This document shows positions 38,434 to 47,433 of a stretch of DNA of 64,000 bases, piece by piece (position 1 is the stretch's first letter; each line of letters opens with the position of its first letter). The notes under the pieces were generated by a model. That model had not been told where the DNA came from, did not search any database, and was given only the letters and a program-made list of their open reading frames with translations. The stretch is taken from the sequence record OR999189.1; one strand, 5' to 3'. The stretch comes from Enterobacteria phage P922. The position numbers and the translations under genes are program-made.

Positions 38434-38609
38434 AAGATGAACACCAGACTTCTGAAATAGATTATAATAAAATTCGTTCCTCTAAAGTAGAAATGATGAG
38501 ACGCTTTAAAGAGGCTCATGATAAAGCTAAAGCAGAAGGAACTATAACGTATAAGCGCATAAAATTTAGAAGCTCTAATGAGCCTCTGTATGGTGTATTA
38601 TGCGGATAG
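38418..38609 (+). CDS. hypothetical small protein
   Basis: 63 aa ORF followed by hairpin. Confidence 0.4.
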   Translation: MVATVKDEHQTSEIDYNKIRSSKVEMMRRFKEAHDKAKAEGTITYKRIKFRSSNEPLYGVLCG

Positions 38610-38623
38610 GAGCTTCGGCTCCT
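38608..38623 (+). terminator. UUCG-tetraloop hairpin
   Basis: AGGAGC-TTCG-GCTCCT. Confidence 0.45.
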
Positions 38624-38675
38624 ATATTGCTTTATAAATTTTTGGTAAAATAAACCAAAACAATGAGGACATTAA

Positions 38676-39878
38676 ATGAAAGTATGTATTTTTATGGCTC
38701 GAGGTCTTGAAGGTTGTGGTGTAACTAAATTTTCTCTTGAGCAGCGTGATTGGTTTATTAAAAATGGTCATGAAGTAACTTTGGTTTATGCTAAAGATAA
38801 ATCATTTACTCGTAATTGCGCGCATGATTATAAGTCATTTTCAATTCCGGTTTTATTGGCAAAAGAATACGATAAAACGCTTAAGCTGGTAAATGATTGT
38901 GATATTCTAGTTATCAATTCAGTTCCTGCTACTTCAGTCGAAGAAGACACAATTAATAACTATAAAAAAATTATTGATAACATTAAACCTTCGGTTCGTG
39001 TTGTAGTTTATCAGCATGACCATTCTTCTCTTTCTTTGCGTCGAAATTTGGGATTAGAAGAAACTGTTCGTCGAGCTGATGTTATTTTTAGCCATTCTGA
39101 TAATGGTGACTTTAATAAAGTTTTGATGAAAGAATGGTATCCGGAAACTGTTTCTTTGTTTGATGATATTGAAGAAGCACCGACCGTATATAACTTTCAG
39201 CCTCCTATGGATATTGCGAAGGTTCGATCAACCTACTGGAAAGATGTTTCTGAAATTAACATGAATATCAACCGTTGGATTGGTCGTACTACTACATGGA
39301 AAGGCTTTTATCAGATGTTTGATTTTCATGAAAAACATCTTAAACCTGCAGGACTAAGTACTATTATGGAAGGTCTGGAACGTTCTCCAGCATTTATTCC
39401 TATTAAAGAAAAAGGAATTCCATACGAGTATTATCGTCTTCATCAAGTAGACCAAATTAAAATTGCTCCTAATTTGCCAACGCAAATTCTCGACCGTTAT
39501 GTAAATAGCGAAATGCTTGAACGCATGAGTAAATCCGGATTTGGTTATCAGCTGAGTAAATTAGATAAAAAATATCTACAGCGTTCTTTAGAATATACTC
39601 ATCTCGAGCTTGGTGCATGCGGAACAATTCCAGTATTTTGGAAATCTACTGGCGAAAATTTAAAATTCCGTGTTGATAATACTCCGTTAATTTCTCATGA
39701 TAGCGGTATCGTTTGGTTTGATGAAAATGACATGGAATCAACATTTGAACGTATTAAAGAACTGTCATCTGACCGAGCTCTTTATGACCGTGAGCGAGAA
39801 AAAGCGTATGAATTTTTGTATCAACATCAAGATTCAAGCTTCTGCTTTAAAGAACAGTTTGACATTATTACAAAATAA
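38676..39878 (+). CDS. agt: DNA alpha-glucosyltransferase (HMC glucosylation)
   Basis: 400 aa; matches recalled T4 alpha-gt length and N-terminus. Confidence 0.85.
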   Translation: MKVCIFMARGLEGCGVTKFSLEQRDWFIKNGHEVTLVYAKDKSFTRNCAHDYKSFSIPVLLAKEYDKTLKLVNDCDILVINSVPATSVEEDTINNYKKIIDNIKPSVRVVVYQHDHSSLSLRRNLGLEETVRRADVIFSHSDNGDFNKVLMKEWYPETVSLFDDIEEAPTVYNFQPPMDIAKVRSTYWKDVSEINMNINRWIGRTTTWKGFYQMFDFHEKHLKPAGLSTIMEGLERSPAFIPIKEKGIPYEYYRLHQVDQIKIAPNLPTQILDRYVNSEMLERMSKSGFGYQLSKLDKKYLQRSLEYTHLELGACGTIPVFWKSTGENLKFRVDNTPLISHDSGIVWFDENDMESTFERIKELSSDRALYDREREKAYEFLYQHQDSSFCFKEQFDIITK

Positions 39879-39900
39879 AGGGCTTCGGCCCTTTAGCTTT
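39878..39900 (+). terminator. UUCG-tetraloop hairpin / terminator
   Basis: AAGGGC-TTCG-GCCCTT + TAGCTTT. Confidence 0.5.
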
Positions 39901-40054
39901 ATACGGAGTTTGATATAATGATATTTCTTGGATATGTGATACTTTTTCTTGCATTTTATCTATTCACTAGAGCATGTTGGATTGGATTCTTTAGCACTCC
40001 AGATGGATTTATTTCAATAATTTTATTTTGCATTTCAATGACGGTTCTTGATAT

Positions 40055-40678
40055 ATGAAAAAATATATAACTTATTTAACAATATATAGTGGAGATAAAC
40101 TTCCTCCTTTTTATATTGGATCTACATCTTTAGACAGGCATTTAGCCGGATATCATGGATCAGTTTTATCTAAAAAGTATAAGAAAATTTATAATGAAGA
40201 ACTTTCAAATAACCCACATTTATTTGATTCATGCATTTTAGATGAATTTGATACGCGCGAAGAAGCTATTAAATGCGAGCTATATTATCAACGTTTGCAT
40301 GATGCGGTTAAAAATCCATTGTTCTTTAATATGTCATATGCTGCTCCAAAAGGTTCATTTGGAAGAGATATTAAAGGACAAAATCATCCATTATATGGTT
40401 CTCATAATTGTAAAGGAAACATACATTCACATGACCCATTAACAGGAAAATCTGCCTTTTTACCATATATTCCAGAAGGTTATGTAAAAGGAAGGTCAAA
40501 TAAATTTAAAGCTTCATCACATAATAAAGGTAAAAAATGGTATAATAATGGAGTTAAGCAAATGTTATGTCATGAACCTCCTGGTCCTGAATGGACAAAA
40601 GGAAAAATTAAAGAACTAGTTTCAAAAGCAGCTAAATTAGGATGGAAAAGATACCATGAAAATATTAAACTTGGGTGA
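40055..40678 (+). CDS. GIY-YIG homing endonuclease (Seg-like, free-standing)
   Basis: N-terminal YITYLTIYSGDKLPPFYIGST and downstream R...E...N residues (REEAIKCELYYQ) of the GIY-YIG module; basic C-terminal DNA-binding region. Confidence 0.65.
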   Translation: MKKYITYLTIYSGDKLPPFYIGSTSLDRHLAGYHGSVLSKKYKKIYNEELSNNPHLFDSCILDEFDTREEAIKCELYYQRLHDAVKNPLFFNMSYAAPKGSFGRDIKGQNHPLYGSHNCKGNIHSHDPLTGKSAFLPYIPEGYVKGRSNKFKASSHNKGKKWYNNGVKQMLCHEPPGPEWTKGKIKELVSKAAKLGWKRYHENIKLG

Positions 40679-41675
40679 TTGGCATTTAGGCGTTAAAGCT
40701 GATGATGAATGGATTCGCGGTATTCAAATTGATGGAATTAAACAAGCGATAGAATATTCTAAGAAAAATGGAATTACTGTATGGATTCAATACGGTGATA
40801 TTTTTGATGTACGAAAAGCGATCACGCATAAAACTATGGAGTTTGCTCGTGAAATAGTTCAAATGCTTGATGACGTTGGAATCACATTACATACTATTGT
40901 AGGAAATCACGATCTCCACTATAAAAATGTAATGCATCCAAATGCTTCTACTGAGCTTTTGGCTAAATATCCTAATGTTAAAGTATATGATAAGCCTACT
41001 ACAGTAGATTTTGACGGATGTTTAATTGATTTAATTCCTTGGATGTGTGAAGAAAATACTGGTGAAATTCTTGAGCACATCAAAACTTCATCTGCTTCTT
41101 TTTGCGTCGGTCACTGGGAACTGAATGGATTTTATTTTTATAAAGGAATGAAATCTCACGGTCTTGAACCTGATTTCCTTAAGACTTATAAAGAGGTGTG
41201 GTCTGGTCACTTCCATACTATCTCTGAGGCTGCTAACGTCAGATATATTGGGACACCATGGACACTAACTGCAGGTGACGAGAATGACCCTCGTGGGTTC
41301 TGGATGTTTGATACAGAAACAGAACGAATGGAATTTATTCCAAACAACACTACCTGGCATCGTAGAATTCATTATCCATTTAAAGGAAAAATTGACTATA
41401 AAGATTTTACAAATCTATCAGTACGTGTTATAGTAACTGAAGTAGACAAAAATCTAACGAAGTTCGAATCTGAACTAGAAAAAGTTGTGCATTCATTACG
41501 AGTTGTGTCAAAGATTGATAACTCTGTCGAGTCAGATGACAGTGAAGAAGTTGAAGTTCAATCTCTTCAGACGTTGATGGAAGAATACATTAATGCAATT
41601 CCAGACATCACTGATTCTGACCGTGAAGCACTTATTCAATATGCAAATCAGTTATATGTAGAGGCAACACAATGA
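40656..41675 (+). CDS. 47: recombination nuclease subunit gp47 (Mre11/SbcD-like)
   Basis: 339 aa; phosphoesterase motifs DWHLG, GDIFD, GNHD. Confidence 0.9.
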   Translation: MKILNLGDWHLGVKADDEWIRGIQIDGIKQAIEYSKKNGITVWIQYGDIFDVRKAITHKTMEFAREIVQMLDDVGITLHTIVGNHDLHYKNVMHPNASTELLAKYPNVKVYDKPTTVDFDGCLIDLIPWMCEENTGEILEHIKTSSASFCVGHWELNGFYFYKGMKSHGLEPDFLKTYKEVWSGHFHTISEAANVRYIGTPWTLTAGDENDPRGFWMFDTETERMEFIPNNTTWHRRIHYPFKGKIDYKDFTNLSVRVIVTEVDKNLTKFESELEKVVHSLRVVSKIDNSVESDDSEEVEVQSLQTLMEEYINAIPDITDSDREALIQYANQLYVEATQ

Positions 41676-41935
41676 CTTTTGATGAATTTAAAAATGTTAT
41701 GATGAGTCAGCATTTTGAATGCGAAGTAAAAGATGATATTGGGCATAAAGAAATTATTGAATATTGGTTTGAACCGCTAGAGGTTGAAGATAATTGTATT
41801 AAAAAGGTCACGGTCTGCACTGACTGGGCTGTATCTTTTAACTTCAACATTTTAGATAATGACACACCTAAATCATTGCGAGATATGGCCGTATCTTGTA
41901 TTAAGGATGCATACTGTGAAGTTTTCGACATTTGA
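41672..41935 (+). CDS. hypothetical protein
   Basis: 87 aa ORF. Confidence 0.4.
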   Translation: MTFDEFKNVMMSQHFECEVKDDIGHKEIIEYWFEPLEVEDNCIKKVTVCTDWAVSFNFNILDNDTPKSLRDMAVSCIKDAYCEVFDI

Positions 41936-42122
41936 CATTAATGATGAATTCATAGCAAACATTGATTATACCGAAGAAGATTCTAGATATGTTGGAATAA
42001 TTTATATTACATCAAAAACAGCACAAGGCGTTGTTTGCATGGCTGAATTTGATGAATACTTTTTAGATTATGATGATATGATAGAATGGTCTAAAAGATA
42101 CATTAAAAGGAATCTTTTGTGA
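41907..42122 (+). CDS. hypothetical protein
   Basis: ATG 41907 after AAGG; 71 aa. Confidence 0.35.
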   Translation: MHTVKFSTFDINDEFIANIDYTEEDSRYVGIIYITSKTAQGVVCMAEFDEYFLDYDDMIEWSKRYIKRNLL

Positions 42123-43801
42123 AGAATTTTAAACTAAACCGAGTTAGGTATCAAAATATAATGTCAGTAGGTGGAAATCCTATTGACATTCAATTAGATA
42201 AGGTTCAAAAAACTCTTATTACTGGACGAAATGGCGGTGGTAAGTCTACTATGTTAGAAGCCATCACATTTGGGCTTTTTGGCAAGCCATTTCGTGATGT
42301 AAAGAAAGGTCAATTAATAAACAGCACAAATAAGAAAGAACTTTTAGTTGAACTGTGGATGGAATATGATGAGAAAAAGTACTATATCAAAAGAGGACAA
42401 AAACCGAATGTTTTTGAAATCACCGTTAACGGTACACGTCTTAATGAATCTGCCAGCAGTAAAGATTTCCAAGCAGAATTTGAACAGCTTATCGGAATGT
42501 CATATGCCAGTTTCAAACAGATCGTCGTACTCGGCACGGCTGGATATACCCCTTTTATGGGCCTATCCACTCCTGCAAGAAGAAAACTCGTCGAAGACCT
42601 GCTCGAGGTAGGAACATTAGCTGAAATGGATAAGCTTAATAAAGCACTAATACGTGAATTAAATTCACAGAACCAAGTGCTTGATGTTAAAAAAGATAGT
42701 ATTATCCAGCAAATTAAAATATATAATGATAACGTTGAACGCCAGAAAAAATTAACTGGTGATAACCTTACTCGTCTGCAGAATATGTACGATGATTTGG
42801 CAAAAGAAGCTAGAACGCTAAAATCGGAAATAGAAGAAGCTAATGAAAGATTAGTTAATATTGTTTTGGATGAAGACCCGACTGATGCATTTAATAAAAT
42901 CGGTCAAGAAGCATTTTTAATTAAATCAAAAATTGACTCGTATAATAAAGTCATTAATATGTATCACGAAGGTGGATTATGTCCAACCTGTTTGTCACAA
43001 TTAAGTTCCGGTGATAAAGTTGTTTCTAAAATTAAAGATAAAGTTTCTGAATGTACGCATTCATTTGAACAGCTTTCAACACATCGTGATAATTTAAAAG
43101 TTCTTGTTGATGAATACCGAGATAATATTAAAACCCAGCAGACGTTGGCAAATGATATTCGCAATAAAAAGCAATCCTTAATCACGACGGTAGATAAAGC
43201 TAAAAAGGTTAAAGCGGCTATAGAAAAAGCATCATCTGAGTTTATTGACCATGCTGATGAAATAGCACTGCTTCAAGAAGAACTTGATAAAATTGTTAAG
43301 ACAAAAACTAATTTAGTAATGGAAAAATACCACAGAGGAATTTTGACTGACATGCTCAAAGATTCTGGTATTAAAGGCGCTATTATTAAAAAGTACATTC
43401 CATTATTTAATAAGCAGATTAACCATTATCTTAAAATAATGGAAGCGGATTATGTGTTTACATTAGATGAAGAATTTAATGAGACAATTAAATCCCGTGG
43501 TCGTGAAGATTTTAGTTATGCTTCATTTAGTCAAGGTGAAAAAGCACGAATTGATATTGCTCTTTTATTTACTTGGCGTGATATTGCTGAAAAAGTTTCA
43601 GGTGTTAAAATAAACACACTAATTCTTGATGAAGTTTTTGATTCAGCAACCGATGTTGAAGGTGTAAAAGCTATTTCAACTATTTTAGATAGTTTAAAAA
43701 ATACTAATGTTTTTGTTATTTCACATAGAGACCACGACCCGCAAGCATATGGTCAGCATCTTCAAATGAAGAAAGTTGGTCGATTTACTGTAATGGTTTA
43801 A
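42119..43801 (+). CDS. 46: recombination ATPase gp46 (Rad50/SbcC-like)
   Basis: 560 aa; Walker A GRNGGGKST, coiled coil with CPTC zinc hook, C-terminal ATPase motifs; GTG start. Confidence 0.9.
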   Translation: MKNFKLNRVRYQNIMSVGGNPIDIQLDKVQKTLITGRNGGGKSTMLEAITFGLFGKPFRDVKKGQLINSTNKKELLVELWMEYDEKKYYIKRGQKPNVFEITVNGTRLNESASSKDFQAEFEQLIGMSYASFKQIVVLGTAGYTPFMGLSTPARRKLVEDLLEVGTLAEMDKLNKALIRELNSQNQVLDVKKDSIIQQIKIYNDNVERQKKLTGDNLTRLQNMYDDLAKEARTLKSEIEEANERLVNIVLDEDPTDAFNKIGQEAFLIKSKIDSYNKVINMYHEGGLCPTCLSQLSSGDKVVSKIKDKVSECTHSFEQLSTHRDNLKVLVDEYRDNIKTQQTLANDIRNKKQSLITTVDKAKKVKAAIEKASSEFIDHADEIALLQEELDKIVKTKTNLVMEKYHRGILTDMLKDSGIKGAIIKKYIPLFNKQINHYLKIMEADYVFTLDEEFNETIKSRGREDFSYASFSQGEKARIDIALLFTWRDIAEKVSGVKINTLILDEVFDSATDVEGVKAISTILDSLKNTNVFVISHRDHDPQAYGQHLQMKKVGRFTVMV

Positions 43802-43856
43802 TTTATAAGAGATTATGCTTTAATTTATTAGAGTATAATCTCTATGGAGGAAAAAC

Positions 43857-44045
43857 ATGGAATATTCAACTGGACAGCATCTATTAACTATTCCCGAAAT
43901 AAAACGATATATTCTGAGAAATAATTTTTCTAATGAAGAGCATATAGTTACTGAATCTATGCTTAAGAATGCATTTAAATCAGAATATACGAAAATAATG
44001 TCCAACAGAAATGAAGCTTGGACTGTTACTGATTATTATGACTAA
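43857..44045 (+). CDS. hypothetical small protein
   Basis: 62 aa ORF. Confidence 0.4.
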   Translation: MEYSTGQHLLTIPEIKRYILRNNFSNEEHIVTESMLKNAFKSEYTKIMSNRNEAWTVTDYYD

Positions 44046-44054
44046 AGGTGTATT

Positions 44055-44444
44055 ATGACTAAAATTACTGTGAATTATAGTGTTGATGTAAAAGATATTC
44101 AGCCAAAACACGTGCGTTCTGAATCAAATCCACAAAACCAAAATAAAATTCGTCGAGCATGGGTTTTGTCTCTTTCTGATAACGCGATGGAAGTTATTCA
44201 GAGCAAAATTAAATCTGCACCTGCTCGTCATGCGTATTATGAAGCTATCGATCGTGAAGTGAGTGATAAATGGATTGAACTAATGCGCAAACATACGTCA
44301 GAATCTCTAAATGCTGGTGCTAAATTTATTATGACTTCATGTGGTGAACGCCTTGAAGACGATTATTGTGGTAATGCAGATGAACGTCTAATTGTTGCTG
44401 CTCAAATTGTTGCGGAAACAATTGCTGCTGATTTTAATCGTTAA
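44055..44444 (+). CDS. rpbA: RNA polymerase binding protein RpbA-like
   Basis: 129 aa, T4 RpbA size, directly upstream of gene 45. Confidence 0.55.
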   Translation: MTKITVNYSVDVKDIQPKHVRSESNPQNQNKIRRAWVLSLSDNAMEVIQSKIKSAPARHAYYEAIDREVSDKWIELMRKHTSESLNAGAKFIMTSCGERLEDDYCGNADERLIVAAQIVAETIAADFNR

Positions 44445-44499
44445 TTGCTTTATTAAATTAGTTATAAAATTAAATCTCATTTGAATTGAAGGAAATTAC

Positions 44500-45186
44500 A
44501 TGAAACTGTCTAAAGATACTACTGCTCTGCTTAAAAATTTCGCTACTATTAACTCTGGTATTATGCTTAAATCCGGTCAATTTATTATGACTCGCGCGGT
44601 TAATGGTACAACTTATGCGGAAGCAAATATTTCTGACACTATTGATTTTGATGTAGCAATTTACGATTTGAACGGTTTTCTCGGTATTCTGTCTCTAGTT
44701 AATGATGATGCAGAAATTTCCCAGTCAGAAGATGGTAATATTAAAATTGCTGATGCTCGTTCAACAATTTTTTGGCCAGCAGCCGATCCGAGTACAGTAG
44801 TTGCTCCTAATAAACCAATTCCATTCCCGGTAGCATCTGTTGTTACTGAAATTAAAGCTGAAGACCTTCAACAGCTGTTGCGTGTATCTCGTGGTCTGCA
44901 GATTGATACAATTGCTATCACAGTAAAAGAAGGTAAAATCGTAATTAACGGTTTTAATAAAGTAGAAGATTCTGCTTTGACCCGTGTTAAATATTCTTTG
45001 ACTCTTGGTGATTATGATGGCGAAAATACATTTAATTTCATTATCAATATGGCAAATATGAAAATGCAACCAGGAAATTATAAACTTCTGCTCTGGGCAA
45101 AAGGTAAACAAGGTGCTGCTAAATTTGAAGGTGAACACGCGAATTATGTAGTAGCTCTTGAAGCTGATTCTACCCACGACTTTTAA
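44500..45186 (+). CDS. 45: sliding clamp gp45
   Basis: 228 aa; MKLSKDTTALLKNFATINSGIMLKSGQFIMTRAVNGT... matches recalled T4 gp45. Confidence 0.95.
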   Translation: MKLSKDTTALLKNFATINSGIMLKSGQFIMTRAVNGTTYAEANISDTIDFDVAIYDLNGFLGILSLVNDDAEISQSEDGNIKIADARSTIFWPAADPSTVVAPNKPIPFPVASVVTEIKAEDLQQLLRVSRGLQIDTIAITVKEGKIVINGFNKVEDSALTRVKYSLTLGDYDGENTFNFIINMANMKMQPGNYKLLLWAKGKQGAAKFEGEHANYVVALEADSTHDF

Positions 45187-45187
45187 T

Positions 45188-45206
45188 AAAGGGCTTCGGC
45201 CCTTTA
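45188..45206 (+). terminator. UUCG-tetraloop hairpin / terminator after gene 45
   Basis: AAAGGGC-TTCG-GCCCTTT. Confidence 0.5.
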
Positions 45207-45237
45207 TAATTTACACTAAAACTTGAATGAGGAAATT

Positions 45238-46197
45238 ATGATTACTGTAAATGAAAAAGAACACATTCTTGAACAGAAATATCGTCCATCTACTATCGAT
45301 GAATGTATTCTTCCCGCCTTTGATAAAGAAACCTTTAAATCTATTACAAGTAAAGGTAAGATTCCACATATTATTCTTCATTCTCCTTCTCCAGGAACAG
45401 GTAAAACAACCGTAGCAAAAGCATTGTGTCATGATGTAAATGCTGATATGATGTTTGTGAATGGGTCAGATTGTAAAATTGATTTCGTTCGTGGTCCTTT
45501 GACTAATTTTGCTAGTGCAGCTTCATTTGATGGTCGTCAAAAAGTAATCGTCATTGATGAATTTGACCGTTCAGGATTAGCAGAGTCTCAGCGACATCTT
45601 CGTTCCTTTATGGAAGCTTATAGTTCAAACTGTAGTATTATTATTACTGCTAACAATATTGATGGTATTATTAAACCGCTTCAGTCACGCTGCCGAGTTA
45701 TTACGTTCGGTCAACCGACCGATGAAGATAAAATTGAAATGATGAAGCAGATGATTCGTCGATTGACTGAAATCTGTAAGCGTGAAGGAATTGCTATAGC
45801 TGATATGAAAGTTGTAGCAGCTTTGGTTAAAAAGAATTTTCCTGATTTTCGTAAAACTATCGGCGAGCTCGATAGTTATTCATCTAAAGGTGTTTTGGAT
45901 GCTGGTATTTTATCACTGGTTACTAACGATCGTGGTGCTATTGATGATGTTCTTGAGTCTCTCAAAAATAAAGATGTTAAACAACTCAGAGCTTTAGCAC
46001 CAAAATATGCGGCTGATTATTCGTGGTTCGTAGGTAAACTTGCCGAAGAAATTTATACACGCGTAACTCCGCAAAGTATTATTCGTATGTATGAAATTGT
46101 TGGTGAAAATAACCAGTATCATGGAATTGCGGCTAATACTGAATTACATTTAGCATATCTTTTCATTCAATTGGCATGCGAAATGCAGTGGAAGTGA
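45238..46197 (+). CDS. 44: clamp loader large subunit gp44
   Basis: From ATG 45238: [23 protein letters not shown]...; Walker [11 protein letters not shown]. Confidence 0.95.
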   Translation: MITVNEKEHILEQKYRPSTIDECILPAFDKETFKSITSKGKIPHIILHSPSPGTGKTTVAKALCHDVNADMMFVNGSDCKIDFVRGPLTNFASAASFDGRQKVIVIDEFDRSGLAESQRHLRSFMEAYSSNCSIIITANNIDGIIKPLQSRCRVITFGQPTDEDKIEMMKQMIRRLTEICKREGIAIADMKVVAALVKKNFPDFRKTIGELDSYSSKGVLDAGILSLVTNDRGAIDDVLESLKNKDVKQLRALAPKYAADYSWFVGKLAEEIYTRVTPQSIIRMYEIVGENNQYHGIAANTELHLAYLFIQLACEMQWK

Positions 46198-46198
46198 T

Positions 46199-46762
46199 AT
46201 GAGCTTATTTGAAGATGATATTCAATTAAACGAGCATCAAGTTGCTTGGTATTCAAAAGATTGGACAGCTGTCCAATCTGCTGCTGATTCTTTTAAAGAA
46301 AAAGCTGAAAATGAGTTTTTTGAAATAATTGGAGCTATTAATAATAAAACTAAATGCTCTATTGCTCAAAAAGATTATTCAAAATACATGGTTGAGAATG
46401 CATTATCACAATTTCCGGAGTGCATGCCAGCTGTATATGCTATGAATTTAATTGGATCAGGTTTAAGCGATGAAGCCCATTTTAATTATCTGATGGCTGC
46501 TGTTCCTCGTGGTAAAAGATATGGTAAATGGGCAAAACTGGTTGAAGATTCTACCGAAGTATTGATTATTAAGTTACTTGCTAAGCGGTATCAAGTTAAT
46601 ACAAATGATGCAATTAACTATAAATCAATTCTTACTAAAAATGGAAAACTTCCTTTAGTATTAAAAGAACTAAAAGGTTTAGTCACGGATGATTTTTTGA
46701 AAGAAGTGACTAAGAATGTAAAAGAACAGAAACAACTCAAAAAACTAGCATTGGAATGGTAA
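46199..46762 (+). CDS. 62: clamp loader small subunit gp62
   Basis: 187 aa, coupled to gene 44 (TGATATG). Confidence 0.9.
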   Translation: MSLFEDDIQLNEHQVAWYSKDWTAVQSAADSFKEKAENEFFEIIGAINNKTKCSIAQKDYSKYMVENALSQFPECMPAVYAMNLIGSGLSDEAHFNYLMAAVPRGKRYGKWAKLVEDSTEVLIIKLLAKRYQVNTNDAINYKSILTKNGKLPLVLKELKGLVTDDFLKEVTKNVKEQKQLKKLALEW

Positions 46763-46763
46763 A

Positions 46764-47132
46764 ATGATTGAAATTACTCTTAAAAAACCTGAAGATTTTC
46801 TGAAAGTTAAAGAAACCTTGACTCGCATGGGAATTGCTAATAATAAAGATAAAGTTCTGTATCAATCCTGTCATATTCTCCAGAAAAAAGGACTATACTA
46901 TATCGTCCATTTTAAAGAAATGCTTCGTATGGATGGTCGCCAGGTTGAAATGACAGAAGAAGATGAAGTTCGTCGTGATTCGATTGCATGGCTGTTAGAA
47001 GATTGGGGACTGATTGAAATCGTTCCTGGTCAAAGAACTTTTATGAAAGATTTAACCAATAACTTCCGAGTTATTTCTTTTAAACAAAAACATGAATGGA
47101 AACTCGTTCCAAAATATACGATTGGTAATTAA
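46764..47132 (+). CDS. regA: translational repressor RegA
   Basis: 122 aa; MIEITLKKPEDFLKVKETLTRMGIANNKDKVLYQSCHILQKKG... matches recalled T4 RegA. Confidence 0.9.
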   Translation: MIEITLKKPEDFLKVKETLTRMGIANNKDKVLYQSCHILQKKGLYYIVHFKEMLRMDGRQVEMTEEDEVRRDSIAWLLEDWGLIEIVPGQRTFMKDLTNNFRVISFKQKHEWKLVPKYTIGN

Positions 47133-47133
47133 T

Positions 47134-47355
47134 ATGACTGCTATAACCCCACAAGAATACATGGCGTCTCTTAAAGAAAAATATAATCTTTCTGCAACAG
47201 AAACACTTTTTGATTTACCAGAAAATCTCCAACTAAAATTTCAGGTAGAATTTCAAAAATTAGTTCACCCAGAACAAAAACACTTTACCGCAGTGGTTAA
47301 GTCAATTAATGCAGATGGATTGACAATTTTTCACCGACAAATGGTATTAATTTAA
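47134..47355 (+). CDS. hypothetical small protein
   Basis: ATG 47134 (MTAITPQEY...); ends before a hairpin terminator. Confidence 0.4.
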   Translation: MTAITPQEYMASLKEKYNLSATETLFDLPENLQLKFQVEFQKLVHPEQKHFTAVVKSINADGLTIFHRQMVLI

Positions 47356-47357
47356 GC

Positions 47358-47379
47358 AAGGGGCTTCGGCCCCTTATTT
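47358..47379 (+). terminator. UUCG-tetraloop hairpin / terminator before gene 43
   Basis: AAGGGGC-TTCG-GCCCCTT + ATTTGG. Confidence 0.5.
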
Positions 47380-47433
47380 GGAGTATAATATATCAAGAGC
47401 CTAATAACTCGGGCTATAAACTAAGGAATATCT

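Noticed and set aside
40242-40442. 66 aa ORF inside the GIY-YIG gene
   Set aside because: Alternative frame within a gene whose main frame carries the nuclease motifs.
42348-42611. 87 aa ORF inside gene 46
   Set aside because: Alternative frame inside a 560 aa gene with clear Rad50-like motifs.
44761-45177. 138 aa minus-strand ORF
   Set aside because: Lies wholly inside gene 45 (sliding clamp) on the opposite strand; antisense artefact.
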